Assembly: GCF_964355755.1 (NCBI RefSeq)
Contig: NC_092680.1
Span: 1,302,001 to 1,366,000, forward strand
Length of the DNA: 64,000 bases
From: Antedon mediterranea
Taxonomy: Eukaryota > Animalia > Echinodermata
Direction: 5' to 3'
The notes beneath the pieces were generated by a model that was not told the origin of the DNA, ran no database searches, and saw nothing but the letters and a program-made list of their open reading frames with translations. Both the position numbers and the translations under genes were made by a program. Position 1 is the first letter of the stretch; each line of letters opens with the position of its first letter. This document shows, piece by piece, positions 14,224 through 27,236 of this stretch.

Positions 14224-14338
14224 AAAATTCTCAAACAGCAGAAGAAGAGAACCTGTATCGTTGCCGACCAGGATACGTGGGTTACAGTTACCAGTTAATG
14301 CACAGCGATATACGTCTATGCCTTCAGAAGAATGTTGA
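14224..14338 (+). CDS. Candidate terminal exon B of the sugar transporter
   Basis: CTTCACAG acceptor, phase compatible with the donor after 849, reads KFSNSRRREPVSLPTRIRGLQLPVNAQRYTSMPSEEC*. Locally less AT-rich than its flanks. Confidence 0.45.
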
Positions 14339-14569
14339 GAATGGAGATAATAGACTTCTAACTTCCTTAAAGTAGTGATCAGATACACTTCACTGGAGCG
14401 TGGCATTTTTCAAATCATTACTATGAGCCTTTAGGTGGATTCAGTCAAAGTGATTAGATTGTGCTGTTGTGGTCCAGTATGATTTTTTACTCAAAGAGTT
14501 ACTGTGAGGAGAAGGCACAGTGGCCTAATTGATGAGATGTATGTAAAGATTCTGGACATCAAATTACTA

Positions 14570-15550
14570 CAGAGTGTACCACATTAATAAGATCTTGGTC
14601 ACCATTAAGTAAGCAAACATACTGTACTACAGAGTGTTACCATCTTGATGAGATCTTGGTCACCATTAAGTAAGCAGGGATACTGTACTAGAGAGTGTAC
14701 CATCTTGATGAGATCTTGGTCACCATTAAGTAAGCAGAGCTACTGTACTACAGAGTGTTACCATCTTGATGAGATCTTGGTCACCATTAAGTAAGCAGAG
14801 ATACTGTACTACAGAGTGTACCATCTTGAGATCTTTGTCACCATTAAGTAAGCAGAGATACTGTACCTACAGAGTGTACCATCTTGATGAGATCTTGGTC
14901 ACCATTAAGTAAGCAGAGATACTGTACTACAGAGTGTACCATCTTGAGATCTTGGTCACCATTAAGTAAGCAGAGATACTGTACCTACAGAGTGTACCAT
15001 CTTGATGAGATCTTGGTCACCATTAAGTAAGCAGAGATACTGTACCTACAGAGTGTACCATCTTGATGAGATCTTGGTCACCATTAAGTAAGCAGAGATA
15101 CTGTACTACAGAGTGTTACCATCTTGATGAGATCTTGGTCACCATTAAGTAAGCAGAGATACTGTACCTACAGAGTGTACCATCTTGATGAGATCTTGGT
15201 CACCATTAAGTAAGCAGAGATACTGTACTACAGAGTGTTACCATCTTGATGAGATCTTGGTCACCATTAAGTAAGCAGAGATACTGTACCTACAGAGTGT
15301 ACCATCTTGATGAGATCTTGGTCACCATTAAGTAAACAGAGATACTGTACCTACAGAGTGTTACCATCTTGAGATCTTTGTCACCATTAAGTAAGCAGAG
15401 ATACTGTACCTACAGAGTGTACCATCTTGAGATCTTGGTCACCATTAAGTAAGCAGAGATACTGTACCTACAGAGTGTACCATCTTGATGAGATCTTGGT
15501 CACCATTAAGTAAACAGAGATACTGTACTACAGAGTGTACCATCTTGATC
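14570..15550. repeat. Minisatellite, ~56-60 bp unit, ~17 copies
   Basis: Unit CAGAGTGT(T)ACCATCTTGA(TGA)GATCTTGGTCACCATTAAGTAAGCAGAGATACTGTAC(C)TA repeated head to tail with small indel variants. Confidence 0.95.
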
Positions 15551-17309
15551 TATACATTCACCATTTAGTGAGCAGATAGTAGTTGCAACATAGATAAAAA
15601 ATGAAGTAGTGTATAAAAAGTGATATATATATTATGAAGGCCATTTAACAACAGTCAGGATTTAATCAATTGTGTGTAAATTATTTAATTTCATTCATAA
15701 TTGGTGAAGTAATACTCTACCTTGATTGACTTGTCGCCATGGAGCAGCGCCACCATATAATCATATTCTAGTAAACTATATTTTTGGATAATAGAAAGGT
15801 GCAATTAATTGTTTGCACAATCATTGGATGGTTAAAGTGTCTATTTTGTGCCTAGCCTGTGTTAACAGACATATGCCTTTACTTCCAAGATAGTGGATAT
15901 GTCCATGAGCTACGCTCTCAACAACCCTGCATATTGCATATCTCGCCATTTATTTATTTAGATGTCCAAGTGTTGGCATGTTAATTTTTAACTCAGTTTA
16001 TCTAGGTAGGTGTCACTCATAGACTACCAGCAACACTATTGTTTTGTGTTATCTGAATATTGCTATGTATTCTTTTACTTACAGAGTATGTTTTTATTCT
16101 ATAGATGTTTTTAAGTTGGTTTATAATTTAGATTTTCTATCATAGTTTTATAATTTCCTATATAATATATTATTTTTATGAGTAATATTTAATTATATTT
16201 TTAAAACGCACATTAAAGTAGTATTGGCACAGTATTAAAAGTAGTAAAGTGTATAAAATGTATTTAGTATTATGCTTCTCCAATAATATAGTGTAAAACG
16301 TTGTTTTTTCTGTAAAAAAGAATTATAAAATGTATTATTTATTGGATATGACTGCAATAATACAGTTAAAATTTTGTTATCGGAGCCGTACATATCTTCC
16401 AACAACCAATTGTTTCAGTAATATATAAATATTCCTTATTTTTCTAAATAATAGTACTTAACTTAAATCATGAAAGTGTGTTCATTAAAAGAAAAAGTAG
16501 TTTAGTTTTAATTTATATAATTTTACGAAAAATTGAACCTGCTATAGAATTTATTTTTATATGTTGAAATACATACTAGGTTTACTTATTTGCAATAAAA
16601 GATGTGTATATTATTTTGTACCTATTGTTTGTTTTGTTGTGGTGTCTTTGTGAGCATTGGATTAAATCGTATTAACATAATTAGTACCCGAAACTTTGTC
16701 TGGTTATGATAATAATCAAAGTGTTGTTGGAGGTGTGTATCTTTTTAGAAACTTTTTACTAACTATAGAGGGCGCATTTGAACTACAGAAAAAAAATAAT
16801 GAAAACAATAACACGACGTGTGGCAGCGAAATAGCTTGCTTGGTTGGTAAGAATCTTTTGTACCTAAAAAAGATATTCAAAATGTTTCACTGTGTCATAC
16901 TTATGCTATATATGTTCAGGTCTTAGGCCTATGCTTAGAGCATAATAGAAATATTGATTTGAATCTACTATCCAATCTTTATATGACTAGCTGCTAGGCT
17001 AGGCTAGGCCTAGGCCTAGCCTACTACTACTAGGGCCTAGCTAGGCCTAGGCTTACAATCAGTATCATCACCCATCAGTAGTAAAAGGGTGACGGCCGGC
17101 CAATCCCCTACATCCAGCCAACTCGTACCATCGTACGATACACAATCACATTTAGTTACCCAGGCCTAGCCTATGAGTATGATTTAAACTTAAATTATTA
17201 TGATTATAATCAGATGTGACATTACTTTTCTTATCTACTACGGATCTGTTTAGTTTAAAAGTTTTTTATTTCCACTCGTACTTTATTCATATTCATTTAC
17301 ATTTCAGTG

Positions 17310-19862
17310 ATGATAAACATGACTGATGAATTAAAGAATAAAATTGTGCAGCATATTTCATCAGATGCAGTATCATGTGACCTGCTTTGGAGCCTCTTTT
17401 CTGCTGCATTATTTACGTATCGGCATGATACTGTACTTCGACCATTTCCATCAGATTTCATAGATACAAATGGGGAGAAGGATTTTGAGAACCTAGTAAG
17501 CCTCAGTAGACATAATTTTAATTGATTTATTCTGTAATAATCGAGAATGTATTAATTATTAATATTATTGACTTTAAAGTATATCAACTGTATGTTATTC
17601 TTAATTTATGTTTATCATTTAAATGCTACAAATTATATGCACCTGGATGTGTTCTTTTAATCCACAAACTTTATACACAGTTATTATTTTTATATATTAT
17701 ATATTCAAACTCTATATACTTAAACTTTATATATAGATATATCATGACTTATAACTTTTTTTTAGGAAAATGTTGCCAGAGATATACCTAACCTGAAATT
17801 GGTGCCAGATGCTTTGAAAGCAAATCAAATTCCTGAACAGTCCTGCCAACTATTAAATTGGGTGATAGACACTAAAACATTTAGTCTAAAAACTCAAGAC
17901 ACAAAGCAGGTATTGTAAACTATCAGTACAACAACAGTTTTGCTATAATCTCCTGTTTCTGTAAATACTGTATACAGTTTCTACCATTGCAGTTCAATTC
18001 TTGTTTGTTGCTTATTGTTGATAGGTTAGCAAATTTAGAAAGTATCAACATTAATTAAAATTTGAATACTTTTAAACATATAAACAGTGGGAAAATAAAA
18101 TATATTCACCATTTTAATTATAACTATTGTTTTTTTGTCGTCAGTTTCAAAATATTTTAGAATTAACGGGAGAAGCCAGTTATGAAGTGAAACCAGACTA
18201 TGTATTTGAGGTACAATATTGTACAGCGAGTGAAGAGAAGTTTAACAGATTGCGGCAATCAAAGGACTTGCTTTATGCTTACCATGGCAGTCGCCTGGAA
18301 AACTTTTACTCAATCTTACATAATGGTCTTCATTCACATATGAACAAGGTACGCTCAATAAGAAACAAGTACTTTTAATCTATATGAACAAGTAAAAAGG
18401 TACACTTTACTTGTACTCAATATCAGCAAGGTACACTTTACTTTTACTCAATATCAGCAAGGTACACTTTACTTATACTCAATATCAGGTAGGTACACTT
18501 TTATTTTTGTTGGGTGATATGCAACACAAGTATTGTTCCTATTCTAATTTGTATTTGTTTTCAATGCAGACATCATTATTTGGTGAAGGCACATACCTAT
18601 CAAGTGACTTGAGCATATCGTTACCATATAGTCCAACATGTAAAGGCTGGCATAGCAGTAATCTAGGAGAAAGCTTGAGTTGTGTAGCGGTATGTGAGAT
18701 GATTGACCACCCAGATGTCAAATGTCAAGTTAAAGGTCAATATTATTATTATTGGTATTTTTTACTATTTCTAAAGCTCTGTCTACACTCTATCAAACTA
18801 GTTTGACAAAAAAAGGTGTGATGTGGCCAAATATGGTAGTGATATACACAAATATGGTAGTGATATGACATCATCATATCCATATAATAAATGGGCACAT
18901 CACATTTTTTGGTCACATACAATCATGTTTCTTTTGTCTTATATATAGACTCAAAAACAGGATCAAAGGGACGGACATATGCAGCAAACAGCATGGGTGG
19001 TGAGGTTCCACAAAAATACTACGTTGTACAAAATAATGAGGTTATAAGACTTAAGTATTTACTTGTGTTTGGAAGCAAAGTTGTTAGTAAAACTAAAGTA
19101 CGGTAAGTGTTATACTTTATTAGTTCTCTGTCTTTTGAAATATTAATAATAATCTTTTATAAATTTTCACTATCAATGAACAGTTTTAGAGGTTCGAGTT
19201 TAAAACTGAAATCTATTGCCTTGTTTCATATTTCTTATTTATTGTATATTGTTATCGAAATTGGTAAATATTACATAATATAATTATTATTGTTAATTCA
19301 TAAAATTAATGATTTGATTACATGTAGATAAATACAGTAGTGTATGCTGTATGATTGCAATATGACTTGAAAACAACTTAACAACTTTAAACTTTGTCTA
19401 CACTATCAAACCATGGAGGAAAAAAATAATCTATTTTTTCCTTGTTGTTGAAGGTTTGCATGGCGAAACCAAATGTTGATATAAAGTTTGCGGTACACCA
19501 CGTATAGTAGTTCTGAAAAGAACTGTTGAGTTTCTCCTTTTCCTCCATGATCAAACTTAATGTGACAAAAAAGGTGTGATGTGCCTATGTACATGATGTA
19601 TATCACTACCATATTTAAGCATATCACTACCATATTTGGGCATATCATACTAGTTTGATAATGTAGACAGAGATTAATAGCCATTTCATTCTGTTATTCT
19701 TTTGTTATTATCAGGTCTGCGGATAGACAACCAAAGTGGGTCAAGTGGATACGACAAAATTCTTTTCTAGTAACAATTTTATTTTACATAATGGTCCTTC
19801 TATTTATAGGTTTGTATAATTCTAAGAATGCAAGGAAGTTTTTAAAAAAATATCTATTATGA
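17310..19862 (+). CDS. PARP16: Mono-ADP-ribosyltransferase PARP16 (tail-anchored)
   Basis: Exons 17310-17495, 17766-17909, 18145-18348, 18570-18735, 18949-19102 and 19715-19862 are all GT-AG and phase consistent. Motifs [76 protein letters not shown], and a C-terminal hydrophobic anchor [17 protein letters not shown]. Confidence 0.95.
18775..18920. mobile_element. PIF/Harbinger-type MITE family 1 (truncated copy)
   Basis: Left TIR AGCTCTGTCTACACT-TATCAAACT plus the family core, in PARP16 intron. Confidence 0.7.
19391..19674. mobile_element. MITE family 1 copy interrupted by a nested element
   Basis: TGTCTACACTATCAAAC ... GTTTGATAATGTAGACAGAG ends, with an insertion at 19412-19549. Confidence 0.7.
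19412..19549. mobile_element. 138 bp MITE with P-element-like termini
   Basis: 12 bp TIR CATGGAGGAAAA / TTTTCCTCCATG and 7 bp direct repeat ATCAAAC at 19405-19411 and 19550-19556. Confidence 0.7.
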
Positions 19863-20455
19863 TAAACGATTTATTTTACTTTCTTTTTTACTTCCAATCA
19901 TTATTGTTTGTAGAATAAATATTATGTTATAATAAAATAACAAAATTATATAAATACTGTACAGCATTTTTCTGGAAAGTTTGTTTTTTATTGAGAACCA
20001 ACTTGTCATTAAAAGTTGAAATCGTGCAGGAAAACGTTTTATAGTGTTGCCCTGGAAATCTGAAATTGTTTAATTTGGTAAATACTGGCATGGAAGACAT
20101 TATTTTATAGCCAATTTATAAAATACAATAAATGTCATGTCATCATTTTAAAATTGTTCATCAGAGTTTTACAGTCTGAGTATTTTGTAATAGATTTCAT
20201 AATACTGGCTATATACAGTAATAAAATCTATTTAAGTCATTATACTTAGTTTAAAGCTTTCGTCTTGTAATGGGAGAATTAAGTTGTGGTAGGATGTGTG
20301 TTAGCAATATTATACTAGCAATACACTATTTATGAAGTCTAGATGAATTTTAGTTTATTTATCAATTATCATTTGATATACTTGCTGTTTGCACATTAGT
20401 GTTTTTTTATTAACTAGTTATAATAGTTAATACAATATTTGTGTTATAAATCTAA

Positions 20456-20620
20456 ATCTCTGTCTACACTATCAAACTTTGTGACAACAAAATGTGATAT
20501 GCCTATATATGAATGATGTCATATCACGACCATATTTAAGCATATCACCCCGCATATCACTACCGTATTTGGGGACATCGCACCTTTTTGTCAAACTAGT
20601 ATGATAGTGTAGACAGAGCT
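20456..20620. mobile_element. MITE family 1 copy
   Basis: CTCTGTCTACACTATCAAACT ... TGATAGTGTAGACAGAGCT. Confidence 0.75.
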
Positions 20621-20633
20621 TTATACATTTTAA

Positions 20634-22247
20634 AAGCATCAAAGTCCTTCAAACCCACAAGGGAACCCCTCGGTACACTGTAACTGGCCTGCAAGCATCA
20701 AAGTCCTTTAAACCCACAAGGGAACCCCTCGGTACACTGTAACTGGCCTGCAAGCATCAAAGTCCTTCAAACCCACAAGGGAACCCCCCTCGGTACACTG
20801 TAACTGGCCTGCAAGCATCAAAGTCCTTCAAACCCACAAGGGAACCCCTCGGTACACTGTAACTGGCCTGCAAGCATCAAAGTCCTTTAAACCCACAAGG
20901 GAACCCCTCGGTACACTGTAACTGGCCTGCAAGCATCAAAGTCCTTCAAACCCACAAGGGAACCCCTCGGTACACTGTAACTGGCCTGCAAGCATCAAAG
21001 TCCTTTAAACCCACAAGGGAACCCCTCGGTACACTGTAACTGGCCTGCAAGCATCAAAGTCCTTCAAACCCACAAGGGAACCCCCCTCGGTACACTGTAA
21101 CTGGCCTGCAAGCATCAAAGTCCTTCAAACCCACAAGGGAACCCCCCTCGGTACACTGTAACTGGCCTGCAAGCATCAAAGTCCTTCAAACCCACAAGGG
21201 AACCCCCCTCGGTACACTGTAACTGGCCTGCAAGCATCAAAGTCCTTTAAACCCACAAGGGAACCCCTCGGTACACTGTAACTGGCCTGCAAGCATCAAA
21301 GTCCTTCAAACCCACAAGGGAACCCCTCGGTACACTGTAACTGGCCTGCAAGCATCAAAGTCCTTTAAACCCACAAGGGAACCCCTCGGTACACTGTAAC
21401 TGGCCTGCAAGCATCAAAGTCCTTCAAACCCACAAGGGAACCCCCCTCGGTACACTGTAACTGGCCTGCAAGCATCAAAGTCCTTCAAACCCACAAGGGA
21501 ACCCCTCGGTACACTGTAACTGGCCTGCAAGCATCAAAGTCCTTTAAACCCACAAGGGAACCCCTCGGTACACTGTAACTGGCCTGCAAGCATCAAAGTC
21601 CTTTAAACCCACAAGGGAACCCCTCGGTACACTGTAACTGGCCTGCAAGCATCAAAGTCCTTTAAACCCACAAGGGAACCCCTCGGTACACTGTAACTGG
21701 CCTGCAAGCATCAAAGTCCTTCAAACCCACAAGGGAACCCCTCGGTACACTGTAACTGGCCTGCAAGCATCAAAGTCCTTCAAACCCACAAGGGAACCCC
21801 CCTCGGTACACTGTAACTGGCCTGCAAGCATCAAAGTCCTTCAAACCCACAAGGGAACCCCCCTCGGTACACTGTAACTGGCCTGCAAGCATCAAAGTCC
21901 TTTAAACCCACAAGGGAACCCCTCGGTACACTGTAACTGGCCTGCAAGCATCAAAGTCCTTCAAACCCACAAGGGAACCCCCCTCGGTACACTGTAACTG
22001 GCCTGCAAGCATCAAAGTCCTTCAAACCCACAAGGGAACCCCCCTCGGTACACTGTAACTGGCCTGCAAGCATCAAAGTCCTTCAAACCCACAAGGGAAC
22101 CCCTCGGTACACTGTAACTGGCCTGCAAGCATCAAAGTCCTTCAAACCCACAAGGGAACCCCTCGGTACACTGTAACTGGCCTGCAAGCATCAAAGTCCT
22201 TCAAACCCACAAGGGAACCCCTCGGTACACTTTAACTGGCCTGCAAG
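20634..22247. repeat. Minisatellite, 59/61 bp unit, 27 copies
   Basis: AAGCATCAAAGTCCTT(C/T)AAACCCACAAGGGAACCCC(CC)TCGGTACACTGTAACTGGCCTGC tandemly repeated between the convergent PARP16 and ARMC6 3' ends. Confidence 0.97.
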
Positions 22248-23015
22248 ATTATATCTAAATTACAATAAGGACTCGTACTAGATATCTCTTAAAAAACTCA
22301 TGGCTATTTGGTCATAACCTAGAGCATAGATTGTGCAAGTATATAGTAAAAATTACCAATAACCCACCAATAATTACGTTGTATGCATTAGAGCCTACCG
22401 TATAAAACTGTATAAATGTATTAAATCAAATAAATACTCCAAAATCTTTGTATTTTTGCTACCTTTATTCTATTTTCATACAAACTGATTGATTGCACTG
22501 CAACATACTGTATATTTTGGTCATGAATTCAATGTACTGTACAGACAGCAATAAATAATAAAAGAATAAGCATATTTAGCAATTAGCAACACACATTCGT
22601 CTGGGAGTATAGACATTAATACATTTATTTATAAAATTTAAGTCACTGTACCACATATCTTTATCATTCATTAAGAATTAATTATAAATGCATGAATCAT
22701 TTATATACTGTAGTTCCAAGCTAGATGACCACAGATCTTTTACAAAATACACACTATTATGTCCATTGTAAAAAAAATAATGCTTGTGAGCACTAGTACA
22801 TCTTTTGAGATAAATAGGGGCTTACCACATTTTAATAGTTGTTGTGGACAGACGAGAGTGCGCTGACATGACCATTGGAGGAGAAGCATGTAGTTGACAA
22901 TTGTAATATAAGTCCAGAGCGCCAGAAGCAATTAACATAATAGAATGGGGTATTAAATCATAATTGATTGAACTCCCTTCAAAAAGCTTTGTTATCCCAT
23001 CCAATTGTGCATTCC

Positions 23016-25777
23016 TTAATTTACTACACCATTTTTCTCGCCCTTCCAACGTTCAATCAGTTCCACTTTGCAACCTAGGTCTCTCAGTGCTGCCTTAGCT
23101 TCATCTGGACACTGTTTACTAGCCTGCTGTATTAGCTCTTCAGCACCTATCTGAAGTATAGGCTCACAGTATTGTTTGGTGCGTGCTATTAAGTTACGAA
23201 TAGCCATGCATGCATTTGTCTATGAATAAAAATAAATTATATATAATTCATAAATCCTTGAAAATTATTACATTATTGTGAAATTTTATACAAGAAATAT
23301 TCTGGATAAGTTTAAAGTTAGATTTATTTTACTATAACTTAATTTGTACTATATTATATCTATTAAGCTCTCTGCAAGTTTGTTTGGATGTTATTCAGTT
23401 ATCAAGACATTCCATCACAGAAAGATAAGTCACCTTTATTGAAAGAGAATGATTAAAATCACAAATTCTCAATTCAAGGATGGGCTTATAAATGACAAGG
23501 AATGGGCTTATAAATCACTAGGAATGGGCTTATAAATGAGTCAGAATGGTGATTACCTGAACTGCTTTTGAGTTTGGATGTAGTGTCATAGCCTTGAGGA
23601 TAACAGTAGGCCCGTCACTGTCCATCACCACTTTACAATGGTTTGGGTTACGAAGTACAATGGCACCAATTGCACCACATCCCAAAGCACATACCTGAAG
23701 AACACAAACAAACATGTTTACTACATTACATAATAGTTTAAATAAATAAAATAATTTTTGAGGTAAAATTGAATAGAGAGATGAATGAAAGAATGGAGAA
23801 CCTGTTTAGTTTAGTTATTTATCCAGGCATTATTTGGTTCCTATGCAGCAAATTTGGCAAAAACTGTGACGAGTAAAAAACTACAAGGTCCTATGTATGT
23901 CAATACATATATACAATCAGGTAGCAGGTACTAAAGCTCTGTCTACACTATCAAACTATGGGGCAAAAAAATGTGATGTGGCCATATGGACATGATGATG
24001 TCATATCACTACCATATGAGGGCACATCACACTTGTCAAGCTAGTTTGATAGTGTGGACAGAGCTTTACATGACAGTACAAAACACAAACCTGGGATTGC
24101 TTGATGTGTTTAGACATAGCATTCAGAATAAAGCCAGTGCCTCCAGAATTAACAATTGCTATTTTGACATCATCATTTCCAGCTATTGCTTTCAACACTG
24201 CAAATACTTGTTTCACAATCTCCTACAAAAAAGTAAATAAAAATATTTTATATAATTGTAATTACTTTTTCAGAGAGATAAATGTATGTAGTATAGTCTA
24301 AAGCTCTATCTACACTGTCAAACTAGTTTGTAAAAAAAAAAGTGTGATGTATCCAAATATGGTGGTGATATTTCCAATGATAGTGATATGACATCATCTT
24401 GTCCATATATGGGCACATCACATTTTTTTGTCACATCAAGTTTGATAGTGTAGACAGAGCTTTAGCCAAATTCCTCTTGGATCCATATAGGAGTGCTGCA
24501 CATTGGCTACTGTGGTTTTAATTTACTCAGTCTGCAAGCGAGAAATACATTACATTTGTTTAATGCATTTATTGTACAGCTTTAATTAACGATTTTGTTA
24601 CTAAATGATCACTAACCTGACATTCCAGATGTTCCGCTAGAATCTTAAGTACAAACTTGAGGCCACCTAGGTTAACAATTTGTTGACAAAACTCATTTCT
24701 AACAGCTAGTTTGCTTAGCATTGAGCAAACCTCTATCAAGGTGATTTCATCTTGGTATAATGGGTCTACAAAACAATTTAATCATTCAATTTTGTTTTCA
24801 ATTATCAACAATTTTTTTTAAAACAAGATAATTTATTATGGTGTTACTGTATGTTTTTTTCAAGTTTTATTTTGTATTATGTTTTAAAGTTCTGAATAAG
24901 AAATATAATGTAATTTTAGGTTATAATATAAATTGAAACTTAAAGCTTAGTAAATATGTAAATTGGTTTAAATAAAATCTTAAAATATTAAATCACTGCA
25001 AATTAACTTACTTTTTAATGTATCTAACATGGCCTCAATGGCACCTAGTTCTACCATCAACTTGGCATGCTCGTGAGCCTTACCAAATGGTGCTCTGATG
25101 TCATCATCAAGTGTTAGAGTCTTCAGTGACTTACATGCCTCTTTCACAATCTTGCAGTCCACATTTTCTTTCTTTAACACAGATAATAATTTCTCTATCA
25201 GTCCATTTGCTACATACCTCTGTCTGTTCATTTCATGCATGATGGATGTTACTCCTGTGATTTTAATCATCAAGTATGTAACATCTGTGCTATCATTTTC
25301 CAGGTGATTTATCATGAATATTATTGCTTCCAAAGTAATTAAATCAGGCTGGCCATTGCACAAACACAATAAAGCTTCTAGTACTTCTTTCAAGCTGCTT
25401 TCATCATCAACAAAACGTTCGCAAAGTGAAAATAAAACTGGAAAAGCATTATTTGCTGCCGCTAATACTCTATGTGCCAAATCAATATCGCATTCCTCTC
25501 GGAATATTTTTATACTTTCTGTAAGTTCCTCGTCAATGTAATCTCCACCGTCAACTATCTTTGCTATTTTGTTGATAGATTCAAGTATGCGATGGCTTGT
25601 GTTATCCCCTGACTCTTTTTGGAGGTAGAGTGTAGTTACAATATTTGCGAGGTTGACACCCTGCGACTCAAATTGTTTAATGACATCATCCACAGCTTCT
25701 TGTCCTTCCATACCAAACTCTTCAATGTTTTCCTTAACGACTGCATCAAAAGTCTCTTGCGTAATTCGTTTTGCCAT
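23016..25777 (-). CDS. ARMC6: Armadillo repeat-containing protein 6
   Basis: Exons 25777-25012, 24765-24617, 24222-24091, 23694-23557 and 23219-23016 are GT-AG and phase consistent. Motifs MAKRITQETFDAVVKENIEEF, LTLDDDIRAPFGKAHEHAK, LAVRNEFCQ, AIAGNDDVK, ACMAIRNLIAR, AKAALRDLGCKVEL. A probable non-coding first exon has its donor near 26289. Confidence 0.95.
23935..24065. mobile_element. MITE family 1 copy
   Basis: AGCTCTGTCTACACTATCAAACT ... AGTTTGATAGTGTGGACAGAGCT with TAA/TTA flanks, in ARMC6 intron. Confidence 0.8.
24302..24461. mobile_element. MITE family 1 copy
   Basis: Both TIRs present, TAA/TTA flanks, in ARMC6 intron. Confidence 0.8.
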
Positions 25778-27236
25778 TTTGCTGTATGTATCCTATTAGG
25801 TAGACACAATATAAAATAAGTAAGACTGAAAAGTGTAACCACTTTTATTTTTTTTTAAATTAGGGCTAGGCCTAGACTAGGCCTATATAATAAATAATTA
25901 TGGATGAATACATTTAAAATTTAAAAAAAATGTTCTAGGCCTAGTTAGGCCTATTATAATAATTATATATAAATTCAAAATTGTGCAAGCGGAAATGTTT
26001 AGGTGCAATAGGCCTATGCATGCTATAGGCCTTATCAGCCTCTTCTAGTGTAGGCCTAGGCATGCCGGGCACCCGAGCTAAAAAACTATTTGGCATACAC
26101 GACCTAAGGCCTACCTAGTAGGTAACGGTAGGCCTACCTAGCAGGCCGGTAGCCTAGCTACAGTAAGCTAGGTTATCATGCCGTTCAAGGTCTACCAATG
26201 CAATTCAATCTATCATCTTTATATAGATAACAATCCAAATAGTTCAATGGTTAATAATATAAAATATTTAGCACAGCAAGACTACTTACGTTACTTTTTC
26301 GTATTTGTTTTTTTATAAAACAAGCAGCTGAAAAAAAGTGTGAAAGGGAAAATAAATAGCGCCCCTTACGCTATGATCACTTTAATTTTTCCGACTCTCC
26401 AAAAAAAGTTTTACAGTAGTAGTAGAAATGCTGAAAATCTCTTCATTTACTGTATAATAATAATATTGATTATAATATATTATAATATAATATAAATGAT
26501 ATCCCAATAGCGCCAACATGTAATTTATTCACATTAGACTAGCAATTTCATTACCGGAAAAGACTTTAGGCCTATTGTGATTCATTTTCATTCCGAACAA
26601 ATTGAAGTAAACTTTAAATCAAATCTATAACTAGATCACATGCTGTCCGAGCAATCGTACTATATCATTAAAACACAATAGTTGTGACAAATAATGGATG
26701 GTGTTCTTTTGCAGGTCTGATTATTTTTCCAGAATCAAATAACAGTCCAATTGCTCCCCCGCCAATGATTGCTCATGGTAATGTCGTCCATCTTTAATTG
26801 CTTCTTTATTTTACATTAACAGGTAAATGCAAAATTAATAGCATTTACTTTCTCATTAAAAATACATTTAATCCTGTAGGCCTGTATACCTACCTACCTA
26901 CTAATACAAATTAAACTTATTGTTTGGGTATAGTTTGTATATTAAATTACAACAATTGCCAAACGTGACAGTATTACTAACAAAGTACTGTCAACTCAGT
27001 TGTGTCGTGCTGTGCCTATACATTTTCATCAATGTCTCTACATGATAATAGCTATTTGAACGAAATGGAACATGTTTATTATTATTATCCAGTGATACGA
27101 ATTGATGCATGATACCAAGAATAACATTATAAAAATATTACTCCTCGTTCTTTTTCATCAGGCAATGCTGAACTATAGTCTCTATTTCAAAACATTAAGA
27201 TGCTGTACTATGAGTTATCTTTGGTTTCTTCGCACT

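Noticed and set aside
16761-16776. CTCF-like motif CTATAGAGGGCGC near the PARP16 start (and GCGCCCCTTACG near 26358)
   Set aside because: Short partial matches cannot be separated from chance without ChIP or conservation data.
14570-22247. The two ~59 bp arrays (14570-15550 and 20634-22247) as CRISPR arrays
   Set aside because: Units are contiguous with no unique spacers, there are no cas genes, and the context is eukaryotic.
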